A DNA stretch of 32,000 nucleotides from Pseudomonas aeruginosa (GTDB lineage Bacteria; Pseudomonadota; Gammaproteobacteria; Pseudomonadales; Pseudomonadaceae). Shown here piece after piece: positions 21,024 through 29,082 of this stretch. The DNA lies in NCBI RefSeq assembly GCF_001457615.1, contig NZ_LN831024.1:990001-1022000 (forward strand), in the 5' to 3' direction. A model generated the notes under the pieces. The model was not told where the DNA came from and ran no database searches. It worked only from the letters and a program-made list of their open reading frames with translations. The position numbers were made by a program, and so were the translations under genes. Numbering within the stretch: the stretch's first letter is position 1; each line of letters begins with the position of its first letter.

Positions 21024-21092
21024 CCGACCGGCGCCCGCCCGCTCACGAGGCCAGCGGGCGCCCGTCCCGCGGACCACGGGTCCGCCGCCGCC

Positions 21093-21374
21093 ATGACCGA
21101 TACCCCTGACGTTCAACCCCCGAAAATCGAATTCCCCTGCGAGCGCTATCCGATCAAGGTGATCGGCGACGCCGGCGAAGGTTTCTCCGACCTGGTCGTG
21201 GAAATCATCCAGCGCCACGCGCCGGATCTCGACGTCGAGACCCTGGTGGTCCGTGACAGCAGCAAGGGGCGCTTCCTCTCGGTGCAGGTGCTGATCACCG
21301 CCACCGATGTCGACCAACTGCAAGCCATCCATAACGACCTGCGCGCGACCGGACGCGTGCACATGGTGCTCTGA
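21093..21374 (+). CDS. ybeD: YbeD/DUF493-family small protein
   Basis: 93 aa with [12 protein letters not shown] typical of YbeD. It sits in the conserved position between dacC and lipB. Confidence 0.85.
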
Positions 21375-22027
21375 TGGGGCTCGAGCTGGGCTTCCGTGAG
21401 CTCGGCGAGGTTCCCTACGAACCGACCTGGCATGCCATGCAGCGCTTCGTTGCCGAACGCGACAAATCGGTAATGGACGAAGCCTGGCTGTTGCAGCACC
21501 CTGCGGTCTTCACCCAGGGGCAGGCCGGCAAGGCGGAGCATGTGCTGTTCCCCGGCGACATCCCGGTGATCCAGGTAGATCGCGGCGGCCAGGTGACCTA
21601 CCACGGCCCCGGCCAGTTGGTCACCTACCTGCTGCTCGATGTCCGCCGCCTGGGACTGGGCGTGCGCGAGCTGGTCAGCCGGATCGAGCAGAGCCTGATC
21701 GGCCTGCTGGCGTCCTATGACGTGCAGGCCGTGGCCAAGCCGGACGCGCCGGGTGTCTACGTCGACGGGGCGAAGATCGCCTCCCTCGGCCTGCGCATCC
21801 GCAACGGCTGTTCCTTCCATGGCCTGGCGCTGAACCTGGACATGGACCTGCGACCGTTCCAACGAATCAATCCCTGCGGCTACGCCGGGATGCCCATGAC
21901 CCAACTGCGCGACCTGGTTGGGCCGGTGGATTTTGCCGAGGTGTGTACCCGATTGCGCGCTGAGCTCGTCTCACGCCTTGGCTACGCTGAACAGAAGACC
22001 CTTACGGGCGGGATCGAACTGACATGA
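21374..22027 (+). CDS. lipB: Octanoyltransferase LipB
   Basis: 217 aa with the [12 protein letters not shown] motif. Its ATG shares 1 nt with the ybeD stop. Confidence 0.95.
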   Translation: MGLELGFRELGEVPYEPTWHAMQRFVAERDKSVMDEAWLLQHPAVFTQGQAGKAEHVLFPGDIPVIQVDRGGQVTYHGPGQLVTYLLLDVRRLGLGVRELVSRIEQSLIGLLASYDVQAVAKPDAPGVYVDGAKIASLGLRIRNGCSFHGLALNLDMDLRPFQRINPCGYAGMPMTQLRDLVGPVDFAEVCTRLRAELVSRLGYAEQKTLTGGIELT

Positions 22028-23007
22028 GCACTGTTGTGGAGAAGTCCGGAGAAGCCAAGCCGGGCAAGGTGGAAGTCGGCGTGAAGCTGCGCGGCGCGGA
22101 AAAGGTCGCGCGGATTCCGGTGAAGATCATTCCCACCGAGGAACTGCCGAAGAAACCCGACTGGATCCGCGTGCGCATCCCGGTTTCCCCCGAGGTCGAC
22201 CGCATCAAGCAACTGCTGCGCAAGCACAAGCTGCACAGCGTCTGCGAAGAGGCGTCCTGCCCGAACCTGGGCGAGTGCTTCTCCGGCGGCACCGCGACCT
22301 TCATGATCATGGGCGATATCTGCACCCGACGCTGCCCGTTCTGCGACGTCGGTCATGGCCGGCCGAAGCCGCTGGACGTCGACGAGCCGACCAACCTGGC
22401 CATCGCCATCGCCGACCTGCGGCTGAAGTACGTGGTGATCACCTCGGTGGACCGCGACGACCTGCGCGACGGCGGCGCCCAGCACTTCGCCGACTGCCTG
22501 CGCGAGATCCGCAAGCTGTCGCCGGGGATCCAGCTGGAAACCCTGGTGCCCGACTATCGCGGTCGCATGGACATCGCCCTGGAGATCACCGCCAACGAGC
22601 CGCCGGACGTGTTCAACCATAACCTGGAGACGGTACCGCGCCTGTACCGCTCCTCGCGGCCGGGCTCGGACTTCGAGTGGTCGCTGGACCTGCTGCAGAA
22701 GTTCAAGCAGATGGTTCCGCACGTTCCGACCAAGTCCGGGCTGATGCTCGGCCTGGGCGAGACCGACGATGAGGTCATCGAGGTCATGCAGCGGATGCGC
22801 GAGCACGACATCGACATGCTGACCCTCGGCCAGTACCTGCAGCCGTCGCGCAACCACCTGCCGGTGCAGCGCTTCGTGCATCCGGACACCTTCGCCTGGT
22901 TCGCCGAGGAAGGCGAGAAGATGGGCTTCAAGAACGTCGCGTCCGGCCCGCTGGTGCGTTCGTCCTACCATGCCGACCAGCAGGCGCACGGCAACAAGAT
23001 CGGCTGA
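22024..23007 (+). CDS. lipA: Lipoyl synthase LipA (radical SAM)
   Basis: 327 aa. Cys clusters are [12 protein letters not shown] and CTRRCPFC (CX3CX2C). It overlaps lipB as ATGA. Confidence 0.96.
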   Translation: MSTVVEKSGEAKPGKVEVGVKLRGAEKVARIPVKIIPTEELPKKPDWIRVRIPVSPEVDRIKQLLRKHKLHSVCEEASCPNLGECFSGGTATFMIMGDICTRRCPFCDVGHGRPKPLDVDEPTNLAIAIADLRLKYVVITSVDRDDLRDGGAQHFADCLREIRKLSPGIQLETLVPDYRGRMDIALEITANEPPDVFNHNLETVPRLYRSSRPGSDFEWSLDLLQKFKQMVPHVPTKSGLMLGLGETDDEVIEVMQRMREHDIDMLTLGQYLQPSRNHLPVQRFVHPDTFAWFAEEGEKMGFKNVASGPLVRSSYHADQQAHGNKIG

Positions 23008-23031
23008 TCTACGCCGCGCCAATGCCTTCCG

Positions 23032-23065
23032 ACGCCGCGTCCCTGCACAGGGACGCGGCGTTTTT
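23032..23065 (+). terminator. Rho-independent terminator of the lipA operon
   Basis: A perfect 13-bp stem, ACGCCGCGTCCCT (23032-23044) paired with AGGGACGCGGCGT (23049-23061), has a 4-nt loop. A TTTTT run at 23061-23065 begins at the last stem base. The structure begins 25 nt after the lipA stop. Confidence 0.9.
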
Positions 23066-23152
23066 CATTGGGCAGCCACGAAGCCTCTTCGGACGTAGGA
23101 CGAACAACCGCTTGCGGTTATCCGCCGGCGCGTAGGTGAGTACCGTTTGCTC

Positions 23153-24058
23153 TCATCCCTGTGCGGTAACGAAGCGACTGCGCTGGCCGAGCTGCCGCAC
23201 CGCCTCGATCAGTGCATCGGCCGCCAGGCTGGGTTGGCGCGAGAAGGCGTAGAAACGCGCCTCCGGCAGCGTCGGAAAACCCTGTTCCGGGCCCAGTTCG
23301 CGTAGCCCCTCGCGCATCTGGCTGCGCGCCACCACCGTCACGGCGAAACCGGCCAGCGCGGCGGACAGGCAGCCGGCCATGCTGGCGCTCTCGAACACCA
23401 GGCGCCAGGGACGCGCAGCGGCGCCGAGGGCTGTAATCGCCGCTTCGCGGTAGACGCAGGGTTCGGGGAACAGCGCCAGCGGCAGCGGTTCGCCCGCGGG
23501 CAGCTCGATCGCGGTCGCCGCGGCCCAGACCAGCGGTTCCTCCCAGAGCAGTTCGCCGTCGTCTCCTACCCGCCGGCACTGCTTGCCGAACACCACGTCG
23601 GTGCGCCCCTGGGCCTGCTGGCGGAGCAGGTCGGTGGTGATACCGACCTTGAGTTCGATGGATGCTTCGGGGTGCCAGCGGCGAAAGCGTTGCAGGACGC
23701 GTGGCAGCCAGGCGCTGGCGAAGTCCTCCGAAGCGCCGATGCGCAGGCGGTCGCGGATCGGCGTGCCGTGCAGCCTGGCGCGGGCCTCGCGCTCCAGCTC
23801 GACGATGTTGCGGGCATAGGCGTAGAGCGTCTCGCCCGCCTGGGTCAGCTCCAGGCGGCGGGTGGTGCGGCTGAGCAGGCTGACGCCGGCTGTCTGTTCC
23901 AGGCGCTTGATATGCCCGCTGACCGCGGAGGGAGTGAGCGCGAGATTGTCCGCGGCGAGGGCGAAGCCGCCACTGTCGACCACTTCGAGAAAGGTACGCA
24001 ACAACACGATATCCAGGGATTGGGAGGTGGGGACGGCAAGCTCCATGAGGTCTTCCAT
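23153..24058 (-). CDS. LysR-family transcriptional regulator
   Basis: 301 aa with the N-terminal wHTH LRTFLEVVDSGGFALAADNLALTPSAVSGHIKRLE and a LysR substrate-binding domain. An alternative ATG lies at 24046. Confidence 0.88.
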   Translation of the reverse strand: MEDLMELAVPTSQSLDIVLLRTFLEVVDSGGFALAADNLALTPSAVSGHIKRLEQTAGVSLLSRTTRRLELTQAGETLYAYARNIVELEREARARLHGTPIRDRLRIGASEDFASAWLPRVLQRFRRWHPEASIELKVGITTDLLRQQAQGRTDVVFGKQCRRVGDDGELLWEEPLVWAAATAIELPAGEPLPLALFPEPCVYREAAITALGAAARPWRLVFESASMAGCLSAALAGFAVTVVARSQMREGLRELGPEQGFPTLPEARFYAFSRQPSLAADALIEAVRQLGQRSRFVTAQG

Positions 24059-24067
24059 TCATCTCGT

Positions 24068-24099
24068 TTCATGAATAGTAGACGCTAACTATTCATGAA
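24068..24099. promoter_or_regulatory. 12-bp perfect inverted repeat TTCATGAATAGT-N8-ACTATTCATGAA (candidate LysR operator)
   Basis: The arms lie at 24068-24079 and 24088-24099, in the 93-bp divergent gap between the LysR gene and the hydrolase gene. The AT-rich dyad resembles LTTR recognition sites. Confidence 0.55.
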
Positions 24100-24151
24100 T
24101 CACCCTTGGCAAGCGTCCTAGGATGTCCCTTCTTTCTCTTGGAGAGGTCCG

Positions 24152-25042
24152 ATGAGCCGCTATGCCTTCGTTTCCACCGATGTCCTGGATATCGCCTACC
24201 TGGAGTGGAATCCGCAGGGGGCGCGCAGCGCCGTCTTGTTGCACGGTTGGCCGGACAGCCCGCATACTTGGAAAGACTTGGCGGAGTCCCTGGCGGACGC
24301 CGGCTATCGGGTGCTGGCACCAGCCCTCCGGGGATTCGCCCCGACCCGCTTCCGCGATGCGTCTACTCCGCGCAGCGGGCAACTGGCGGCTCTGGCTTGC
24401 GATCTGCTGGCATTCGTCGACAGCCTGGCATTGCAACGTCCCCTGCTGGTCGGCCATGACTGGGGGGCTCGCGCGGTGGCTAGTGCCTGCGGACTGCGCG
24501 AGGGCGTAGCCTCGCACCTGGTGATGCTCTCGGTGGGGTACGCCAGCAACGATCCGCAGCAAGTTCTTTCCCTGCCGCAGGCCCGTAGCTTCTGGTACCA
24601 GTGGTTCATGGCTACGCCACGCGGAGAGCGCGCGCTGCGCGAGGAGGGCGAGGCATTCGCCCGGCAGATGTGGGACACCTGGTCGCCGCCGGGATGGTAT
24701 GCCGAGCGCGATTTCTAGGAGGCCGCCCAGGCCTTCTCCGGGCCGGACTGGGTGGCCGTGGTGCTGCACTATTACCGGCATCGCTGGGGCTTCGTCGCGG
24801 GGGAGCCGCGCTACGGGGCGGCGGAACAGCGCTTGCTCCCGGCACCGCGCCTGGCGCTGCCGACCCTGGTGCTGCACGGCGGCGCGGATGCCTGCACCCA
24901 CCCCGACGGCTCCCGCGGACGCGAGCACTACTTCAGCGGGCGCTACCAGCGGCTGGTGCTGGAGGGCGTCGGCCATTTTCCGCAGCGCGAGGCGGCCACC
25001 CAGGTGGCGGACGCTATCCTGCGGTTCTGCGCGGATGACTAG
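24152..25042 (+). pseudogene. Epoxide-hydrolase/haloalkane-dehalogenase-like alpha/beta hydrolase interrupted by an in-frame TAG at 24716-24718
   Basis: Track ORFs 24152..24718 and 24752..25042 are in the same frame. Read through, they give one 296-codon alpha/beta hydrolase: HGWPDS oxyanion motif, GHDWGA Asp nucleophile, and the catalytic His in GVGHFPQ downstream of the stop. The sequence around the stop is ERDF*EAAQAFSGPDWVAVVLHYYRHRWG. Confidence 0.75.
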
Positions 25043-25060
25043 GTCCTGGACGCCGCAGCG

Positions 25061-25093
25061 GCGGATAACGCCCGTGGCGTTATCCGCCCTACG
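25061..25093. repeat. REP-type extragenic palindrome
   Basis: GCGGATAACGCC-CGT-GGCGTTATCCGC is a 12-bp perfect stem, followed by CCTACG. It matches the GGCGGATAACG...CGTTATCCGCCCTAC style of Pseudomonas REP elements as I remember them. It lies between convergent genes. Confidence 0.7.
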
Positions 25094-25151
25094 AACCGGT
25101 GTGCCGCGAGCGGTCGCGGCGGACGTGGGGTCGTAAGCTCCGCCGGTGGCC

Positions 25152-26498
25152 CTATGGCGTCCGCAGGCGGTCGAGCAGCGCCGGGGTCGGATAGCCGTCC
25201 GCCGGCCAGCCGAACTCCTGCTGGCAGGCGCGGATCGCCTTGCGCGTATTGGCGCCGATGATGCCATCCACCGCGCCCGGATCGTGTCCGCGGGCGGCCA
25301 GTTGCCGTTGCAGCTCGATGCGCTGCGAGCGGCTCAGCGGAACATCCTCCAGCGGCCAGGCGCCGACTATCCGGCCGCCGCCCTTGAAGCTGTCGGCGAG
25401 CAGGCCGACGGCCAGGGCGTAGGCGCTGGAGTTGTTGTACTTGAGGATGGCGCGGAAGTTGTGCAGCACCAGGAAGGCCGGGCCGCGGTGCCCGGCCGGC
25501 AGCAGCAGCGAGGCCTGTTCGCCGGAGAGTCCGGAGGGCAGGGGGCCGCCGTTGACGCCTTGTACGCCCATCCCTTGCCATTCGCCCAGGGGCTTGCGGA
25601 TGGTGAGTTCCGCCAGGGAATAGTCGAAGCCTGCCGGCAGGCGGACTTCGAAACCCCAGGGTTGTCCGGCGATCCAGCCGGAGGCTTTCAGGTAGTTGGC
25701 GGTGGAGGCCAGGGCGTCGCCGGGCGAGCCCCAGATGTCACGCTTGCCGTCGCCGTCGAAGTCCACGGCATACTGGTTGTAGGTGGTCGGGATGAACTGG
25801 GTCTGGCCCATGGCGCCGGCCCAGGAGCCGATCATGAAGGAGGCCGGAACGTCGCCGTGCTGGAGAATCTTCAGGGCGGCGAGCAACTGGGCGTGGGCGA
25901 ATTCCGGGCGGCGTCCTTCATAGGCGAGGGTCGCCAGGGAGCGGATCACGTTCTTGTTGCCCATGTGCGAACCGTAGTTGCTCTCCATGCCCCAGATCGC
26001 CACCACCGCATCCGCATCCACCGCATAGCGCGCGTCGACTTCGCCGAGGATGCGCGCATGCTGCGCCAGGCGCGCCTGGCCCTGGCGAACGCGCAGCGGA
26101 TCGAGGGCGCCTTCCAGGTACTTCCATACCGGTCGGGTGAATTCCGGCTGGCTGCGGTCGGCTTCGACCACGGCGGGATCGGGCTGGACGCCGGCGAAGG
26201 CGCGATCGAAGGTCTGCGCATCGATTCCACCGGCCAGCGCCTGTTGACGGAAGGCGTCACGCCACTGTTCGAAGCTTTGCCCAGGCTGGGCCTCGTTCGG
26301 CGCGCCAGCGGGCACCGAGGCGGCCGGGCCGGCGCCGGAGAAGGGCGCCTTGGTCTGCAGGGGAGCGGCAGGCTGGTTGTATTCGACTGTCGGATTCTTC
26401 TGCGCGCAGGCGCTGGAGAGGCCAAGCCCCATGGCGACGACGGTGCTGCCCAGCAGCCCGCTCACCTTCAGCAGGGCGGATCGTTCGGGGTTACGCAT
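25152..26498 (-). CDS. MltB-family lytic murein transglycosylase with a C-terminal peptidoglycan-binding domain (SltB3/SltH-like)
   Basis: ATG at 26498, after a GAGGAGA SD (codon 38 of track ORF 25152..26609), giving 448 aa with a signal peptide. The catalytic Glu lies in AIWGMESNYG. The C-terminal PG_binding_1-like segment is LQRQLAARGHDPGAVDGIIGANTRKAIRACQ. Confidence 0.88.
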   Translation of the reverse strand: MRNPERSALLKVSGLLGSTVVAMGLGLSSACAQKNPTVEYNQPAAPLQTKAPFSGAGPAASVPAGAPNEAQPGQSFEQWRDAFRQQALAGGIDAQTFDRAFAGVQPDPAVVEADRSQPEFTRPVWKYLEGALDPLRVRQGQARLAQHARILGEVDARYAVDADAVVAIWGMESNYGSHMGNKNVIRSLATLAYEGRRPEFAHAQLLAALKILQHGDVPASFMIGSWAGAMGQTQFIPTTYNQYAVDFDGDGKRDIWGSPGDALASTANYLKASGWIAGQPWGFEVRLPAGFDYSLAELTIRKPLGEWQGMGVQGVNGGPLPSGLSGEQASLLLPAGHRGPAFLVLHNFRAILKYNNSSAYALAVGLLADSFKGGGRIVGAWPLEDVPLSRSQRIELQRQLAARGHDPGAVDGIIGANTRKAIRACQQEFGWPADGYPTPALLDRLRTP

Positions 26499-27073
26499 TG
26501 CTCTCCTCAGCAGGGTCCTCGGGACGGGCCACCTTAGCACGCCGGCCAGGACGCGTCTGCCGTCGTTGGACGCGCCGGCGGGGCCCCGGGTTCGCCAATG
26601 TGGTTCCATCGGCGCAGTGGATATCGTTCGCCATATGTTCGGTCACTGTCGGGCGGCCAATGGTTTCGTCCGTACCGCTCCGCCGCCTGTCGAAGCCTCG
26701 CGGCGCACCCGAGTCGGGATCGGCGACGGGTCGCGCGGCATGCTCGAGGCCTTCGACTTCTTCTTCCTGGCCTTCGTTCTGCGCGACATGGCTACCCGCT
26801 TCGGCGTCGGCATCGAACGCCCGAGCCTGGTTCGTGCGCTGCAATGGCCAGAGGGTTGCCAGTCGGCCGCGCGGGATGTCGAGGCCGCGGATCATGATGG
26901 AGGAACCATTGGCTTTTCGCCCAACCCGATGGGGCCAGGGCTTGCGCGCCGACGATAGTGTGCCCATGGGCGGCAGGCTGGCGGTGGGGTTGGTCCTGTC
27001 GACGGGCTTCGGGCGGGGTAGGCGGGGCGCGTGGGTGAGGAGGGCGTTGCGGGAGGATGGACCAGCGGCTGTT

Positions 27074-27226
27074 TCAGGCCGCCATAACGAAAGAAGCCTC
27101 CCAGTTACGGGAGGCTTCGCGGCGGTAGCTGCCTTTGCCTTTCTTCGCCTGTTCCTGGCGGCTGCGGAACAGTGGCTGGGCGACCAGGGATTTGGCCTTG
27201 TTCGGCCGCTTGCTTTTCTTTGCCAT
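27074..27226 (-). CDS. arfA: Alternative ribosome-rescue factor ArfA-like small protein (50 codons, not on the ORF track)
   Basis: My own translation of the minus strand from ATG 27226 (GAGGA SD about 8 nt upstream) is MAKKSKRPNKAKSLVAQPLFRSRQEQAKKGKGSYRREASRNWEASFVMAA*. DPLFRQR..KNKKGKGSY and NWEAS are the motifs I remember from E. coli ArfA (YhdL). Confidence 0.75.
   Translation of the reverse strand: MAKKSKRPNKAKSLVAQPLFRSRQEQAKKGKGSYRREASRNWEASFVMAA
27093..27118 (-). terminator. Terminator-like hairpin inside the arfA ORF
   Basis: On the minus strand GAAGCCTCCC-GTAACT-GGGAGGCTTC forms a 10-bp perfect stem with a 6-nt loop, spanning codons 37-45. It is followed immediately by TTTCGTT, and the in-frame stop lies only 5 codons beyond the stem. 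Confidence 0.6.
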
Positions 27227-27317
27227 GGCATAGGTCCTCGAAGGTGATCGGGCTGGCGCTCGCCAGCGCGCGCATCATCTGCCTGTCGCCGCGGATTGTC
27301 CAGTGCTGGTTGCGCCT

Positions 27318-28355
27318 TCAGGCTGCCGGCAGGCCGAGGCGCTGGCCGGCGAGGCTCAGGGCGAGAAGCGAGAGACCGCTCCAGGGGCTGCCGGGTGCCT
27401 GTCCCTTGATCTGCGCGTCGATCAACTGGGCATCCCTCAGCATCTGGTTCCAGCGGCTGCTGGAGTGGCGTTGCAGGGCACGGGTCAGCAGCGGACGGCG
27501 CTTGTCCCAGACCGGCGGACGCGCCTGGGCGAAGGCTTTCTCCAGCGGGATGCCCTGGCCGTATTGCTGGGACAGGCCAGCCAGCAGGCGGATCTCGCGG
27601 GCCAGGCCCCAGAGGATCACCGGCGGCTCGATGCCTTCGCCGCGCAGTCCTTCCAGGATGCGCAGGGCGTGGGCCGCTTCACCGCCAAGGGCAGCGTCGA
27701 TCAGGCCGAAGACATCGAAGCGTGCGCTGTCGGCGACCGCGGCCTGTACGGTGGCGGCGTCGATCTGGTTGCCCTCGGCGAGCAGCTTGAGCTTTTCGAT
27801 TTCCTGGGCGGCGGCGAGCAGGTTGCCTTCCACGCGCGCGGCGATCAGCTCCAGGGCTTCGGGGCTGGCGGACAGGCCGGCCTGGGACAGGCGCTGGCGA
27901 ATCCACTGCGGCAACTGGTGGACGTCGACCGGCCAGACCTGGATGAACTGCGCGGCGTTGCCATCGATCAGGGCCTTGGCCCACTTGGTCTTCTGCGTGC
28001 TGCCATCGAGCTTGGGCAGACTGAGCAGGAGCACGGTGTCTTCCGGCGGCCGTTGCAGGTATTCCTGGAGAATCGCCGCGCCTTTGTCGCCGGGCTTGCC
28101 GGAGGGCAGGCGCAGTTCGATCAGGCGCTTCTCGGCGAACAGCGACAGGCTGGCGCCGGCCTCCAGCAGCAAGCCCCAATCGAAGTTGGCTTCGGCATTG
28201 AATACCTGGCGCTCGCCGAAGTCGCGCTCGCGGCAGGCCTGGCGAATGGCATCGCAGGCTTCCTGGCAGAGCAGCGGTTCATCGCCGCTGACGACATAGA
28301 CGGGCGCCAGGGGGCCCTGGAGGTGCTTGGCGAGTTGCGCGGGAGTCAGCTTCAT
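27318..28355 (-). CDS. holA: DNA polymerase III subunit delta
   Basis: 345 aa and HolA-like along its full length (VYVVSGDEPLL, the EIEKL motif). It sits in the conserved leuS-lptE-holA order. Confidence 0.93.
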   Translation of the reverse strand: MKLTPAQLAKHLQGPLAPVYVVSGDEPLLCQEACDAIRQACRERDFGERQVFNAEANFDWGLLLEAGASLSLFAEKRLIELRLPSGKPGDKGAAILQEYLQRPPEDTVLLLSLPKLDGSTQKTKWAKALIDGNAAQFIQVWPVDVHQLPQWIRQRLSQAGLSASPEALELIAARVEGNLLAAAQEIEKLKLLAEGNQIDAATVQAAVADSARFDVFGLIDAALGGEAAHALRILEGLRGEGIEPPVILWGLAREIRLLAGLSQQYGQGIPLEKAFAQARPPVWDKRRPLLTRALQRHSSSRWNQMLRDAQLIDAQIKGQAPGSPWSGLSLLALSLAGQRLGLPAA

Positions 28356-28365
28356 AGGAGAAGAC

Positions 28366-28386
28366 GGGGCCGGCGAAACCGGCCCC
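28366..28386 (-). other. Intercistronic GC hairpin between lptE and holA
   Basis: GGGGCCGG-CGAAA-CCGGCCCC is an 8-bp perfect stem. On the coding strand it is followed by GTCTTCTCCT and then the holA ATG. Confidence 0.5.
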
Positions 28387-28392
28387 GGGGCA

Positions 28393-29016
28393 TCACGGGG
28401 TGGGGAACTCGATCGGCGACTGCTGCGGCTCGGCGGCGCGGCGCTGGCGCTCCGCCTCGTCGGCGGCGCGCAGGGCTTCGGCTTCCGCCTTGGCCTTGGC
28501 TTCTGCCTGGCGCTGGGCTTCGTCGAGTTGCGCCGGGGTCAGCGCCTGGAGGCGCATGGACAACTGCTGGATCAGGTCGCGCCGCATCTCGCTGCGCAGC
28601 TGCGCGGCTTCCTGGTCGGAACCGATCAGGTTGTTTTCGTCGTGCACGTAGACCTTCTGCACCTGTACCTGGTTGCTCATCAGGACCAGGTCGTTGGCGC
28701 CGACGATCTCGTAGTTGATCGTGTTGGTCAGCTCGAACTCCGCGCCGCGCGCGGAACCGGTGTAGCTGACGGTGCGCTGCTGGTTGTCCTCGCGGACCAG
28801 CACCAGGTGGTAGGGCGCGTTGCTGGTGACCTTCACGCCGCTGTTTTCCAGGGTTTCCTTCAGTTCGCGCACGGTCGGGCCGTAGGCGTTGCGCGCGGAC
28901 ACGTCGATTTCCTTGAGCGCGAATTGCGCATCGCCCAGGCCGCGCAGTTGGAAGCCGCAGGCGGCCAGCAGGGTGGTCATACCGATCAGCGCGGCGCTGG
29001 TCAGGATACGTTTCAT
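28393..29016 (-). CDS. lptE: LPS-assembly lipoprotein LptE
   Basis: ATG at 29016 after a GAGGGAAG SD (codon 19 of track ORF 28393..29070), giving 207 aa. The lipobox is LLAA|C followed by GFQLRG, typical of LptE. The C-terminal tail is Ala/Glu/Lys/Gln-rich. Confidence 0.9.
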
Positions 29017-29043
29017 CAAGCTTCCCTCACTCCTGTTGATCAG

Positions 29044-29065
29044 CGCCCCCGGATGGCCGGGGGCG
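29044..29065 (-). other. Intercistronic GC hairpin between leuS and lptE
   Basis: CGCCCCCGG-ATGG-CCGGGGGCG is a 9-bp perfect stem with a 4-nt loop. It lies 18 nt after the leuS stop and has no U-tract. Confidence 0.5.
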
Positions 29066-29082
29066 TCCAATGGAATCGCGTA

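Noticed and set aside
21036-21086. Two GC hairpins after dacC (CGCCCGCT-N9-AGCGGGCG and GCGGAC-CACGG-GTCCGC).
   Set aside because: Neither has a U-tract, and ybeD-lipB-lipA follow on the same strand. These could be attenuators, but they are not strong enough to annotate as a terminator.
23101-23130. REP-like half site (CAACCGCTTGCGGTTATCCGCC) downstream of the LysR gene.
   Set aside because: The stem is imperfect and short (5-6 bp), so this is at best a degenerate REP.
24716-24718. The TAG in the hydrolase could be a programmed recoding event (read-through or pyrrolysine).
   Set aside because: Nothing suggests pyrrolysine machinery, and I see no recoding signal or structure downstream. A simple nonsense mutation or a sequencing error is far more likely.
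26491-27247. 246-aa minus-strand and 249-aa plus-strand ORFs filling the sltB3-arfA spacer. The minus-strand ORF ends 8 nt inside sltB3, which looks like coupling.
   Set aside because: Codon-position GC is flat (about 70% at both first and third positions by hand count), the sequences are low in complexity and highly basic, and I recognised no motif. The 5' end of the minus-strand ORF also runs over arfA in another frame. I treat both as non-coding unless expression data say otherwise.
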